Numbered from the stretch's first letter, positions 26,908 through 42,407 are shown. The stretch: DNA of 64,000 nucleotides from Eledone cirrhosa (GCA_964016885.1 OZ024754.1:44206001-44270000), one strand, 5' to 3'. The notes: a model not told the origin generated them from the sequence alone. Made by a program: numbers and translations.

Positions 26908-27899
26908 TCGAGGTACCGGTTATTCGCGGAATTTTCCTTATAGACCTAACTAATAATTGTACATGGAAATCACCGCATATTCGCGGAATCATAAATATCT
27001 TCCGCGATTATTTTGTGTCTTTTTTCGTAGCAATATATATATATATTTTTAGCGCTAAATCATTAACAACAATATACCACATTTGCCGGCCTATTGGACG
27101 CCACTTCGCATAAGACGCACTCTCTTTCTTTTTTTATAATATTTTGCCTAATATTTTGACATTTATAGGCACTTTTATGGACCACTCTTTGTGGGTGTTC
27201 TATGAACGTAACCCTCCCCCCCCCCCGAACACCCGGGGACAACTAAATATATTAAAGTTGACGGGACTAAGGTTTCCCTGCTAGTACCGGTTGCATCTCA
27301 GCGTACTCAATAGGTAAGGTTATGTAAACTCCTAGAGAAGACACAAAGCTATTTGATTCAATACAACACACGTAAATGGCTACCATAAATCTATACCCGT
27401 ATACATACCAATGCCTTTAAATTCAGACGACAGGGAAAGTCATCCGTGTAAACCTTTATCGTCTTCTTTGAGTGTTTCTCTTTCTCATTGACCTGCCACA
27501 AAACACTTTGACACAACATTCTCATACGGAACTTTCTCTTTCTGTCACTTTATTCTGCTTGTCACAAATTTTATTCTCTCGAACAATTTTGAATATTTTT
27601 CTTTTTGGCGTTTGTGTTCGTTCTTTTTTAATTAAAAGCATTTCCTTGATTGAATGTCAATTTTTCTTGTTTAAGAGAGAAAAATGATTGATGAGGCGAA
27701 TAACATTTCTTTTCTCTTTTCTATCTATGTACCCGTAACCCCACTTATGGAGTCGTAGGGGCGTCGCAGTAAGATGTGGCCTTTCTGGGGCATTTTGAAA
27801 ACCTGTCGATTTCTTTCAGAGAAGGAGAGAGAGTAAGTGAGAATGAAAAATAGAGGAATAATCAATTCCAGTAATACTCTGGTACATTTTTTTTATATA

Positions 27900-28539
27900 C
27901 CGTATATGCCGGCGTATAAGTTGATCTGGCGTATAGGTCGACTCATAAAATTCTGAGGTGTAATCCAGGTTTAGGTCTATATTTGCCGGATAAAACGACT
28001 CCTTCCCACCAAAAAATGAGGCAGTTGCAGGGGAAATAATAAAAAAAATTTAGTGGCGTGCTAAAGGCTAAGACACTTCTAAAACATTTCAGTCGCAAGT
28101 GGGTAAACCAGCCTAGTCTAATCTTAATAAACCTATGGTAACCCAACCTATGCTAACCTACCTTATGGTAACCTACCCTATGCTAACCTACCCTATGGTA
28201 ACCTACCCTATGGTAACCTACCCTATGGTAACCTACCCTAATCTAACCTACCCTATGGTAACCTACCCTATGGTAACCTACCCATTGAGCTACAGCAAGT
28301 CATTGATATTATTATAATCTCTACATTAGACTTAACAAATATGAGATTCAGTAGGAAATAATTGTGGTGTTCTGCTGGAGTTATGGTAAGTGGTGTACAA
28401 CGAGTGTTAGGCAGGCAGTTTCACTGTTTACCCATCAGTGGTAAAAGATCACATTTTATATTCGGCGCATAAGTCGACCCCTGTTTTTGGAGAGATATTT
28501 TTAGGCTCCAAATGTCGACTTGTATGCCGGCATATAGGG
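27900..28539. mobile_element. pogo/Tc1-mariner-type non-autonomous DNA transposon with TA flanks
   Basis: TA|ccgtatatgccggcgtataagttga ... tcgacttgtatgccggcatataggg|TA; internal 15-bp tandem repeat taacctaccctatgg at 28130-28283. Confidence 0.75.
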
Positions 28540-29327
28540 TATATATCGACTTGGGAAGAATGCTAGGCCAAGTTGATCTCAGTGGGACCTGAACGCAGAG
28601 AACGTAGGTATCGGGAACAAATACCGCAAGGTATTCTATCACACATTCTAATGACGTCACTAGTTCTCTTCTCTTATACTTTTTGTTATTTATTTTAATT
28701 GGTTTTTTCTTCGAGTGATGGAAATCGATTTTTTTCCGAATGTTGTACGAACACACACAGGCACACACACACACACACATAGGCACACACACACACACAG
28801 GCACACACCCACACACATACAGGCACACACACAGGCACACACACACACATAGGCACACACACACACACACATAGGCACACACACACACAGGCACACACAC
28901 ACACACACAGGCACACGCCCACACACACACAGGCACACACACACACACACAGGCACACACAGGCACACGCACACAGACACACACACACACACATACACAC
29001 AGGCACACACACACAGGCACACATACACACACACACATGTAAACATACACTTACATTCATATGCCCCCACACATACATCCACCCCCACCCACCCCCGCAT
29101 TCACCCCACCCACACCACACCCACCCACTCACATCCACCACGCATGCGCACGCACCCCCACTCACCCACACCACCCACCTATACACCCACACATATACAC
29201 CTCTCTACAGTTATGAATATATTTATCCGGGGGCGGGGTCAGTGCCTTACCCCCCCCCCCCCAATATGTCCCCTCCTCCTCCTCCTCCTCCTCCTTCAGT
29301 TATATCTACTGTATCTTTCTCCTACTC

Positions 29328-29371
<44 letters not shown>

Positions 29372-29970
29372 CTCCCATCATCATCATTACCTCCACCTCC
29401 TCCTCCAATCATGTCTACCCCCCTATCATCATCATCACCATCATTACCACCACCACCACCTCCTCCTCCAGTCCTACCCCCGCCCTACCATCATCATCGT
29501 TACCACCACAACCTCCGCCATCTTCACCATCACCATCACCCCCCCTTCCTTCTCACCCCCCCCCTCAATTACATCAAATCTGTCTAATTTCCCTGTCACT
29601 CTATTAAACCCTTTGTCCAATCCTTTCCTCCTTAACAACTTCTACTCTCAGGAATCCCTATCAATATATTTATTGAATATGTATCGATCTAGAAACTGAA
29701 TACCTACCACATCGATCGCTCCACTCTGGGGGGAGACCTCCATTAGATCATATAGACACTGGGTATATACCTTCTCCGTTTAATTAACTAATTAAGTTTT
29801 TAAAAATATGTACAAACGCACCACATAGCATTGTATGAAAAGAAGGGTCCATAGCAGTGGTCCCCAACCTTTTGTGAACTATGCCCTACCTCAATATCTA
29901 AAAAACTGTTATGTCACCCCCTCTTTGATATGACAACAGCAATGATCAACAGCAAAGTGTTAACAAAATG

Positions 29971-30430
29971 GTGTATAGATGGTGCCAGATGTACAATAAC
30001 ATGTGGAGGAGGCGAGAAAGGGGTTTCTGAGAGTAATGTCTACCAAAGTTACCTGGGTGTATAGATGGTGCCAGATGTACAATAACATGTGGAGGAGGTG
30101 AGACAGGGGTTTCTGAGAGTAATGTCTACCAAAGTTACCTGGGTGTACAGATGGTGCCAGATGTACAATAACATGTGGAGGAGGTGAGACAGGGGTTTCT
30201 GACAGTAATGTCTAGCAAAGTTACCTGGGTGTACAGATGGTGCCAGATGTACAATAACATGTGGAGGAGGTGAGACAGGGGTTTCTGACAGTAATGTCTA
30301 GCAAAGTTACCTGGGTGTACAGATGGTGCCAGATGTACAATAACATGTGGAGGAGGTGAGACAGGGGTTTCTGACAGTAATGTCTAGCAAAGTTACCTGG
30401 GTGTATAGATGGTGCCAGATGTACAATAAC
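29971..30430 (+). repeat. 86-bp tandem repeat (~5.3 copies)
   Basis: gtgtatagatggtgccagatgtacaataac recurs at 29971, 30057, 30143 and onward. Confidence 0.9.
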
Positions 30431-30999
30431 AATTTTGTAACCATGGTGATAGAGCGGGAAGTTAGACGGGTACCACGTGCGTATAGAAGGTGTGTTGTAA
30501 CCATGGTGATAGAGCGGGAAGAAATGAGAGGTGGAATTCGGAGTTTTGGAGGTGATGTGGGGGAGAAGATGGTTGTAGAGAGGAGATACATAGGGAGGGA
30601 TGGAGGGGGTGATGGTGGTGGTGGTGGTGGTGGTGGTGATGGTGGTGGTGGAGACGTTGTTACAAGCTTTCTTTACTATGTCTGTTATGTGTAGATATGA
30701 AGTAGATATTAAAAGTTATCATCGCTGTTTTTGTAACCATCTGGATATACCACCACCACCACCACCACCACCACCATCACCACCATCACCACCACCATCA
30801 CCACCACCACCACCACCACCACCACACTATCACTGTCATCAGAACCGCCACCACAACCACCACCACCACCACCATCACCAACAACAACAACAACCATGCT
30901 ATATAAACAAAAGGAACATTGTTATAAATGCTTGAATATTTAAAAATATCAATTACATCATCAACAACAACTATATTACAGTAATAACAACTGTATAAC

Positions 31000-32193
31000 A
31001 ATATTAGACTAATAACAGTTATATAACAACAATATCACTGATAATATAATAATAACAGTTATATAACAACAATAACAGCTATATAATAGTAATAACAGCT
31101 ATATAATAACAAAACAGCTATAATATAATTGTTTCTACTATTGGCACAAGGCCAGCAATTACCCCAGTGCATTTATTTTATCGACCCCGTAAGGATGAAA
31201 GGCAAAGTGAACCTCGGCGGGATTTGAACTCACACCATAAAGGGGCGTAACTCTATGCTGCAAAGCATGGCGTCCGACCTACTTATACTGCCAATCAAAC
31301 GAAACAGCTATATTATAGTAATAACAGTTATATTACAGTAATAACAGTTATATTACAATAACAGCTATATTACAACAACAACAGCTATATCACAACAATA
31401 ACAGCTATATTACAACAATAACAGCTATATTACAACAATAACAGCTATATTACAACAATAATAGCTATATTACAACAATAATAGCTATATTACAATAACA
31501 GCTATATTACAACAATAACAGCTATATTACAACAATAATAGCTATATTACAACAATAATAGCTATATTACAATAACAGCTATATTACAATAACAGCTATA
31601 TTACAACAATAACAGCTATATTACAACAATAACAGCTATATTACAACAATAATAGCTATATTACAATAACAGCTATATTACAATAACAGTTATATTACAA
31701 CAATAACAGCTATATTACAATAACAGTTATATTACAATAACAGTTATATTACAATAACAGTTATATTACAACAATAACAGCTATATTACAATAACAGTTA
31801 TATTACAACAATAACAGCTATATTACAATAACAGCTATATTACAATAACAGTTACATTACAACAATAACAGCTATATTACAATAACAGTTATATTACAAC
31901 AATAATAGCTATATCACAACAATAACAGTTATATTACAATAACAGTTACATTACAACAATAACAGTTATATTACAATAACAGTTATATTACAACAATAAC
32001 AGTGATATTACAACAATAACAGTTATATTACAACAATAACAGTTATATTACAACAACAATAACAGTTATATTACAACAATAACAGTTATATTACAACAAT
32101 AACAGTTATATTACAACAACAATAACAGTTATATTACAACAATAACAGTTATATTACAACAACAATAACAGTTATATTACAACAATAACAGCT
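31000..32193 (+). repeat. 17/20-bp minisatellite (tattacaacaataacagcta), interrupted by a minus-strand Nin SINE at about 31127-31295
   Basis: Direct inspection. Confidence 0.9.
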
Positions 32194-32908
32194 AAGGTGA
32201 TGTAGTGTAAATGGTGGTGTAGTGGAGGTGATGGTGGTGGCGGCGGCGGTGGTGGCGGTGGTGAAGGTGGTGATGATGTTGACGGAGGTGATGATGGTGG
32301 TGGTGTTTATGTAGTGGTGGTGATGGTGGTGGTGCTGATGAGGTGGTGATGGAAGCGGTGATGGTGGAGGTGCTGATGAGGTGGTGATGGTGGAGGTGGT
32401 GTTGATGGTGATGGCGATGGCGGTGGCTCGGGTGATGATAGTGGTGCTATTAGAGGCGGTGGTGAGGGTAAGTGTGGTGGTAGGGGTGGTGTTTGATGTC
32501 GGCGGGTGTGGTGCAGATGATAAAGGCGACGGTGATGGCGGGGTTAATACAGGCGTCAACATTATAGAACGGGGGGGGGGGGGGCGGTCGGTGGGATTCG
32601 TTATGGAAGCACACTCCTCTAATGTCTGCAGACGTGTGTCTGTCTGTGTGTGTGTGTGTGTGCGTGTGTGTGTGTGCGTACGTGCTTGTGTGTGTGTGTG
32701 AGTGTGTGTGTGTGTGCCTGTCTCTCTCTCACGTTCTCTCTATCACTCTCTCCCTCTCTCTCTCTCCCTCCCTCTCTCTCTGTCTCTCTCTCTCTCTCTC
32801 TCTGTGTATTAGTGATAAACAACGTACGGTAATGCCGTATATACGGTATATACACTTATACGCATCAGTGCGTATATTTACATAGGCTGGGCGTTTATAC
32901 ATGTATAC

Positions 32909-32958
<50 letters not shown>

Positions 32959-33052
32959 GTTTTATATATATATATATATATATTACTGGACGCGTGCCGT
33001 CAGTAATGACAGCAACAGCGTTAAAGATATTTAAATTTTGGGGCCCTAATTT

Positions 33053-33117
<65 letters not shown>

Positions 33118-33119
<2 letters not shown>

Positions 33120-33424
33120 TTTATCCCGGGTTCAATCGGGGGTAACCACAGTAAGTAAGGTACTCAATACATAGAAGGGTATAAATATTTAATATAGAAA
33201 GGACTAGAATTTTTTCAGGGCTTCCTAATGATTTCTCCCGAATAAAACTTGTTCCAGACCTGCAGAAGACTTTCCATATATATATGGAAAGTCTTCTGCA
33301 GGTCGAAACGGCTTGAGCTCAGCTGTCGGGGTCTTACTGGTTCCTATTACCCACTCTACTACCTCAAGTATTGAGTACTTTGGTGCGTTATGGTCCACCT
33401 GGTTCCTTACCACATTTCCTTCGT

Positions 33425-33427
<3 letters not shown>
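33118..33427. mobile_element. Fused family B and family A cassettes in (TA)n
   Basis: B tail and decayed core (ggcttc CTAATGA...AAAA) followed by gtcGAAAcggcttgagctcagctgTCggggtc and the A tail. Confidence 0.8.
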
Positions 33428-33456
<29 letters not shown>

Positions 33457-33599
33457 GTGTGTGTGTGTGAATTTCTGATGATCCGTGAATACACAGGTGA
33501 AACTCCAGTAAAAGAAGACTCATCACTTTGCCATAATAAAGAATAATATTAAACTCTACTTTGGTATTGAGCACTCGTATTCTCGTTCTTCAACATCAA

Positions 33600-33673
<74 letters not shown>

Positions 33674-35067
33674 CTGCTTATGGCAGTAGTAATATACCGA
33701 CGTATGTTATGGACAAACCAACTCGAGTCTCTCGCTACTTTAGTTTAAATCTGCTGATGAAGCAATAGAGAAACTGGTATGCTTAGATGCACTTATGCTA
33801 CCACTGTGATTGGCAAATTGCAAATTGCATTTGTCAGTGCAATCTGTATTTGAAGAAACCCTTAGGGTCTTGGACCCTACCACGTGCAACTGCTACATTA
33901 TACATGTATTTCGTTAGCAATCTGAGAGTATTTAGCTGGCTTATGCTTTCAAACTCTATCTTATTGAATGAGTAAATGTGAGCAACCGAGACTATGGAAA
34001 ATATATTTCCTATAGCCTCGATAACTAGAAAATATGCATACATATATAAAATAAATTGGATGGGTTGGGGTCTCAATATGTAAACTAAACGACTAATTCT
34101 GGTTTTTAAAAAAATCAAGAGAGACAACCTCGAAAATTTACCGATTCCCATCTACTGCTTATTTCCCGCTCTAATCATTTGGAATCCGAGCGAACACTGT
34201 TCAATGTCCTTTTCTTTTAAGTTAGAGATTTGTTTACAACTTTTAACCGGTCAAACAGTCTTTTTAGCTCTTTTGATAAGTGAATGTTTTCATTTTCATT
34301 TCTGGTTGTTTTCGATTATATTTTAGATTTTATAATGCAAGGTTTACTAATGTTAAGCGGTGAATGTTTTTGACATTCTTTTCTAATGTAGATGTCTTTT
34401 ATTCTTGCAAGGTCGACAAATAAACAATAGCAGTCCATCCAGTTCTAGGTTTGATTCTTCCTCTATATCTCTTTCTCATATCCTTTCTATCACTCTTTCA
34501 CTTTCTCTTTCTTTCTGGAAGAAATCAGCTGTGTTCAATCCTGGAAAGGAGATGGTCACTGCCAGGTTAAAAATGTCATGACTCCATCATGAGTTACAGG
34601 TCCATTCATTTAAACTTGTGTAGATATGTTTGGGAACTTATTCTATGATTTATTGATGCAACAGGAAATAGAGTGTCAGCCATTGTAAACGACTGCTATT
34701 TAGCTGAATCTAATGTATATTGTTGAACAACTGTAGTTGAGTATTGCTTCCATTTTGGTTGGATTATGGACTTCGTCCCAGTAAATCTTTAACGGATTTA
34801 TATAACGGATAGAAGCGGAGTGAAAAATGTTACCAGGATTATTTTTATAGCATTGAAATAAATCTAGATGTTATTGGGAAAAACAAAACGAAGTTATTGA
34901 AATACTGTCTTCGATAGCTTACAGTGATCCATGTACTGTTATCGGTATTAGCTATGATGGTAATCATCGAATAGAAATTCATCACAGCTAGCAGTTTTAT
35001 TTGGGGGATTCAATCACAATACTGTTAAGTTTCTGAATGAAAGGGGCAATGTCATTCTGTCTCCACC

Positions 35068-35176
<109 letters not shown>

Positions 35177-35189
35177 GGTAAACAGAAAT

Positions 35190-35399
35190 AACAACACAAT
35201 CGGTACAGTTAACAGTATATGGAAGGGTTATATTAGGTTAACGCTTGATATACCAGGAAGAGGGTCTTAACGTTTCGGACGCTAGTCCTTCATCAGAAGA
35301 AAGAATGAAAAATAAGGTAGATTGAGGGGACGGGCGGGTTGGAATTGAAAAAAATGTCTTTAGATAAAAATAACAGGTCCATTCATGTTGACATCTCTT

Positions 35400-35402
<3 letters not shown>
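35190..35402 (-). mobile_element. Family C cassette with intact minimal hammerhead (35265-35300)
   Basis: Minus strand reads tctt CTGATGA a ggac-tagc-gtcc GAAA cg TT aaga; stem III region is the palindrome AACGTT. Confidence 0.8.
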
Positions 35403-35472
<70 letters not shown>

Positions 35473-35479
<7 letters not shown>

Positions 35480-35856
35480 CGAATTATAAGTCAATTGCAT
35501 GAACTCATAATCCTTTATTTTCTGCTATATATATTTCGATGATAGCCATTGAATGGCTATGACCTCATCAGGCAGTTAGTCAGTTCTTAGATATGCCAGC
35601 TCTGTCCCAAGGCTCTGATACCATCAACACTATAAACACAGAGCTGGCATATCCAAGAACTGACTAACTGCCTGATGAGGTCATAGCCATTCAATGGCTA
35701 TCATCGAAATATATATAGCAGCAAATAAAGGATTATGAGTTCATGCAATTGACTTATGTTTCGTCACTATTATAACTCTGGAACTTATATCTTCGTTGAG
35801 TGCTCCCTATCCGCATACTGAAGTACTGGATTTTACCAACACTTACTTTCTTGCTT
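35473..35856. mobile_element. Foldback (arms 35473-35770) with a hammerhead on each strand (family F) and a ttgagtgc tail
   Basis: Plus strand 35668-35721: ctgc CTGATGA ggtc-atagcca-ttcaa-tggctat-catc GAAA tatata TA gcag; mirror copy at 35522-35575. Confidence 0.8.
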
Positions 35857-35962
<106 letters not shown>

Positions 35963-36769
35963 GTATATACATATATGCTTGAGTATATATATATGTATAT
36001 ATATATATGTATATATGTATATGCATGTGTGCATGCGTATGTATATGTGTGGGGGCATAGAAATAATCGGGCTGGATACCCGATCGCGCAGTTAAACCAC
36101 TGGGAGTGAAGGACCCCTAGCATTTGTCAGGGCATTCTTCTAGGAGAAGGCAACTCAGGAAACTGGGATAACTCCGACATAAGACCTGCGGCTCAGTAGT
36201 TACCGATGATGTTGATCTTTTCTTCTTTTCGGGTTATAGCTACTGTCGCTCAGAGAGTGGGATTGGCTCAGTGCACAGTCTTTACTCACAGGCATTGCAC
36301 GATAGAATTAATTGATAATTATTAATAATGTTATATCGTGTAATGGCCACACTCAATAAAGAAGGGGCAGCCATCATGTATAGATGTATATATGTATATA
36401 TATGTATGTTATATGCATATATGTATGTATATATGTATTTATGTATATGTATGTATGTATATACATACATATATACATATATATGTGTGTATATATGTGC
36501 ATGTATATATATGTATGTATATATGTATGTATATGTATATATGTATGTATTTTTGTTTGTATATATATATATGTGTGTGTGTGTGTGTATGTATGTGTGT
36601 ATATGTATGTGTGTATATGTATGTGTGTATATATGGGGAGTGGGGGGTGATGTTTATAATGACTGCTGGACGGATTGATGGTGAATAAACGGACTGAAGT
36701 GTAAATAGCTTCATGGATGATTGAATGACTGGATGACAGTGAAGGGGCGGCAGGCCTGTCTTATGGCAG

Positions 36770-36787
36770 CTACTGCTACTACTACTG

Positions 36788-36819
<32 letters not shown>

Positions 36820-36868
36820 GCTACTACTACTGCTACTACTACTACTGCTAGTGGTGCTACTACTACTG

Positions 36869-36912
<44 letters not shown>

Positions 36913-36913
36913 G

Positions 36914-36972
<59 letters not shown>

Positions 36973-37042
36973 GCTACTACTGCTACTACTAGTGGTGCTA
37001 CTATTACTGCTACTACTACTACTGCTACTACTACTACTGCTG

Positions 37043-37098
<56 letters not shown>

Positions 37099-37255
37099 GC
37101 TACTACTACTGCTACTACTAGTGGTGCTACTATTACTGCTACTACTACTACTGCTACTACTACTACTGCTGCTACTACTACTGCTGCTACTACTACTGCT
37201 ACTACTACTACTGCTACTACTACTACTACTACTACTACTACTGCTACTACTACTG

Positions 37256-37293
<38 letters not shown>

Positions 37294-37315
37294 GCTACTG
37301 CTACTACAACTGGTG

Positions 37316-37367
<52 letters not shown>

Positions 37368-37368
37368 A

Positions 37369-37450
<82 letters not shown>

Positions 37451-37476
37451 ACAGCGATAGTTGCAAAAATAACGAT

Positions 37477-37528
<52 letters not shown>

Positions 37529-37530
37529 CG
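36770..37530 (+). repeat. (CTA)n/(CTG)n/(CAA)n array
   Basis: Direct inspection. Confidence 0.95.
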
Positions 37531-37701
37531 AGAGCAATGAAAACAACAACAACTTTTACAACAACACAAAATTAAACAGATCAAAAAGCAAAGCACACGC
37601 ATTCATCTACAGATACATATATATATATATACATATACACATATATACATACATGTATGTATACATATATATACACATATATACATACCTACATACATAC
37701 A

Positions 37702-37735
<34 letters not shown>

Positions 37736-38104
37736 CATATACACATATATACATACATATATATATACATACATACATATATGCATATATGCATATATAC
37801 ATACATAATTAAATACATAGATTAACACATACATACAAACATACATATATACATACATAATTAAATACATAGATTAACACATACATACAAACATACATAT
37901 ATACATACAAACATACATATATACATACAAACATACATATATGCATACAAACATACATATATACATACAAACATACATATATGCATACAAACATACATAT
38001 ATACATACAAACATACATATATGCATACAAACATACATATATGCATACAAACATACATATATGCATACAAACATACATATGCATACATACGTTCATACAT
38101 CGTT

Positions 38105-38178
<74 letters not shown>

Positions 38179-38242
38179 AGAAAGAGAGAGATAGAGAGAG
38201 AGACAGAGAGAGAGGGAGAGAAAGAGAGAGAGAGAGAGATAG

Positions 38243-38340
<98 letters not shown>

Positions 38341-39371
38341 GCCAGTAGCAAGAACGGAATACAACTGACGCCATTTAACCAATCTATAACAATCTGAACT
38401 GTGCTGAGTAAACTCATTCTAGGTCGTTTGTTAGTAAAATCATAAAAGACATCTTGCTTTAAACCAGTCGCCGAGCTATGAAAATGGTGACTTTTCAATG
38501 GGGCTGAGTCGCCCATACAGTTTTATCTCTCTAATACATCCTTGTGTCATTGAGGCTCAAATAAGCAAGGCATGAAATAGATCGCATGACTGCGTGAATT
38601 CGTGTTTCATCCGATGTTAAACTCCTTTGTTTCGAACTCCTGTTATTGTGTCTAGTTTGTGTTTACTGTTTATAATTATTCGTTTGTGAGTTGGTGAGTT
38701 TGTATATATTTTTACACACACACACATACACACATACACACAGACAGACAAATGCACATGTACACACACACACACACACACACACATACACACATACACA
38801 CAGACAGACAAATGCACATATACACACACACACATATACACATACATACACACAGACAGACAAATGCACATGTACACACACACACACACACACAGACAGA
38901 CATACGTATGCACACATACACACACACACACTCACACAAACTCATGCTCACTCACACACGCGTGCACACACACACACACACGCACTCTCTGTCTCTCTCT
39001 CTCTCTCACACACACATACACATACACATACATATATATTTATATATATTCATATATACGTACATAGATACTACATGTCATACATATTTTCATACACACA
39101 CATATATGTGTGTGTATGAAAATATGTATGTATGTATATATATAGATATATATAGATATATTTCTTTATTAGCCACAGGGGCACAAAAGAAGGGGACAAA
39201 TACAAAGGGGGAAGTTTACATACAATAAAAACGTGTAAAATGTTATCACAGATGGAATTTAAAATATGTATGTATGTATATATATAGATATATATAGATA
39301 GATAGATAGCTAGATACATATAGATATATGTACACACACATATACCTACGTATATACCTACGTGTATTCAT

Positions 39372-39454
<83 letters not shown>

Positions 39455-39495
39455 TAGATATAGATATATGTACACACACACACACACATATATAC

Positions 39496-39528
<33 letters not shown>

Positions 39529-40324
39529 CGTGTGTGTACACACACAAATACATATATATTTTTTGAACTACGTTCATATGAAAGCCAAATGAACGTAGTT
39601 TTAATTAAAGAAACTTTTATTATCATTTGTTTTATCGAATTTTTGACCTTAGAAGGTCCTTATCAGAAATACCAGCAGAGCCGACTCCCAGAAGAAAGAC
39701 AACAAACGATTCGTCACAAAAACGAAATTAAAATATCAGGATCCAGATCGGATTTCGAAAGTAAGGGAAAGGGGTGAGGTAGTAGCAAGTTCCATTCTCT
39801 AATCTAACAACATTTCACAGACAATTGCCATGGAGATCAGTCAACGACCTCCATTATACATCACTCACTTGACTCCACGGGTCTCATTTCTTAGGCGCGA
39901 AGGTCCCTTCCCAATTCTCTAGGGAAAAACTCAACGATGACCAGTACGAAAAGAAAGTGGTTGGTCAAGATTTGATATATAGTTCTCTTCCTTTTCTCCC
40001 TGTTACGGACCGCAGTGTCCAGGTTTTAGCCGAAGCAACAATGTTGGATGTGGGAAGTGGGTCGCGGCACGTTGTGTCTCAGAATGTGAACAGAGGAGTC
40101 TTAAATTGGAGAATATTCACTTTCCCTGGTTCAATATCTAAACAAAAGTAATGAAGACAGTTAAACCACACCTATATCTCTATCATATTCTAGAAGTAGA
40201 CATTAAATTGATTGTTGGAAATATATAAACATTTCATTTATTATGCTTTTATTCTTTTAAAAATGTCAGTCATTTGTCTAGAACCATTATATAAAGTCTG
40301 TCTTAAACCATTTAAGGCTTTTCA

Positions 40325-40570
40325 GGTCGGTGCTTATCCCGGTTTTTTTACGTGAAGCGACTGAGAGTACAATACTCCCCCCCCCCCCGGACAGGACGCC
40401 AGTCCATCGCAGGGTTAAACTCCCAGCTATTCCTGGTACTCATTTTCAGCTGAGTATACTGGAGCAACGTGAAATGAAATGTTTTGCTCAAGAACACAAC
40501 ACACAACCCAGCCCAGGAATCGAGCCCAAGGCATTATGATCGTAAGTCCAACACCTTTACCACTAGGCCA
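40325..40570 (-). mobile_element. tRNA-derived SINE with V/Meta-type central domain
   Basis: Minus strand reads gtggcctagtggt..gctcgattcc..gtgttcttgagcaaaacatttca..ccctgcgatggactggcgtcctgtcc. Confidence 0.7.
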
Positions 40571-40724
40571 CATCATCTTTAAATGGATAAGTCGATCATA
40601 TTGATGCCAACAGTTATTTTGACGTCTAGTTTAATTCTTACACGGTGTTTCGTCTTCAAGTACATTTACAACATAGGATGTTCGTAAGCAATGCCCTGGT
40701 GTATCTCAAAACAATCGGTGTCTC

Positions 40725-40965
40725 CATTGAATTGGTGTGCCTTGAGTGTGGAAAGATTTGCGTGAGTAAATCTGGTTTCAGGAGCCACAGTCGTAGCAAT
40801 GTTCAGAGAGAACCAGTGAACTATGATCTCCACGGTATTGCGAAGGCTCACAGGCAACTTGATGCAAGACCTGAGGCCAGGGAGATCCATAGTTGTCATC
40901 AATGTGTGAAGGAGTGTAAGTATCTAGCAGACTTAAAAAGCTATATCCGAGCTTCATACATCTGA
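40725..40965 (+). mobile_element. Decayed double C2H2 zinc-finger segment, likely an RTE LINE C-terminus
   Basis: LVCLECGKICVSKSGFRSHSRS..CHQCVKECKYLADLKSYIRA*; no TGEKP linkers. Confidence 0.5.
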
Positions 40966-41364
40966 GTCTGACAAGCGAATGCAATGCTCTTAGCAGAGTT
41001 TGCAGCAATCAAATATTCCAGAGTAGAGATACACATATATGACTCATCAGAGAAAAATATATAACATCGCATCTCATCCCATTTCTAACCATTGAGCACG
41101 CTTTGCTTCGGGGAAAGACATCTACTATATTATATCATAGTTCTTTCTCCTCTATTCTTATGATATAAGTCTCTTATTTTGATATATAGTTTGACAATCG
41201 CCACCGACGAATGCGAGAAAGTTCTCCAGGAAAGTTAACCAGGAATCTTTAAAAATCTCCCCACCGAAGTTAACAAAGAACTTACCAAATTGTAAAATCA
41301 TATTATAAAATTAAATTAAATTGTTTAGAACTACAAGTGAAGTCATTCTTTTCCTTTATATATA

Positions 41365-41410
<46 letters not shown>

Positions 41411-41731
41411 TATATATATAGTGCTTATTGAGTGCTTTGCTGCACAAACCTAATTGTATCTCGTTAACTTGTCCACTGTCAAAACTCCGATCTTACTAAA
41501 CCTCCATTTGTATAATTCTTTTGTTTAACCTGTTTAGCTTGCTTCGTTTTTTTTGGCTCCGGTTGCTGATAGCTTCATGACCACCGTTTTCAGTTTGTTT
41601 GGCCTCTATAACGTATGTTAATTGCTCTGGTCTTCTTTTAGTCCATTGACCGCTTGCCGCATATCTCGAAAATTGCGTGTTTCGCTTTGTTTTTGACCAC
41701 AGCCGAAATACGATCTCGCTGAAATTGTATT

Positions 41732-41800
<69 letters not shown>

Positions 41801-41804
<4 letters not shown>

Positions 41805-41995
41805 CGAAGGAAATGTGGTAAGGAACCAGGTGGACCATGACGCACCAAAGTACTCAATACTTGGGGTAGTAGAGTGGGTAATAGGAACCAGTAAGACCCC
41901 GACAGCTGAGCTCAAGCCGTGTCGACGGCTAATTCTCTCTCCAGAATTAGCCGTCGAAACGGCTTGAGCTCATCTGTCGGGGTCTTACTGGTTCC

Positions 41996-41998
<3 letters not shown>
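41801..41998. mobile_element. Family A foldback cassette in (TA)n
   Basis: Same sequence as 53555-53750. Confidence 0.85.
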
Positions 41999-42035
<37 letters not shown>

Positions 42036-42351
42036 CGCGTGTGTGTGTGTGTATACTAGATACACACACATGCTCCTTCCGCCTGCCTCGCCTGCGTGTG
42101 CGAGTGAGTACACGTGTGTCCTCTACAAAGTGATTTGGTACTAGATATAATCTATAATCTTTATAACAGATATCATTCCATCATAGAAACAGTATTGTAG
42201 TGTTACATGTGTATGAAGAGAATAATCTTTTCTCCGTAAACTCACAGCGGAAACACACTCACCCCCATATACTCCTACATATAAAGAACTGTGTGTATAT
42301 ATATATTTCAAGTAACGCACCCTTACAAGCATACACATTGATATGAATCTG

Positions 42352-42407
<56 letters not shown>

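Noticed and set aside
29971-30430. CRISPR-like or coding repeat
   Set aside because: Plain 86-bp tandem repeat, not a multiple of three, with no spacers
33750-33790. Hammerhead-like CTGATGA...GAAActggTA (similar weak cases at about 15885, 42640 and 62490)
   Set aside because: Stems do not pair or core bases are missing; too decayed to call
40645-40965. Host C2H2 zinc-finger gene of the cephalopod expansion
   Set aside because: No TGEKP linkers, degenerate His ligands, and the motif style matches RTE LINE termini
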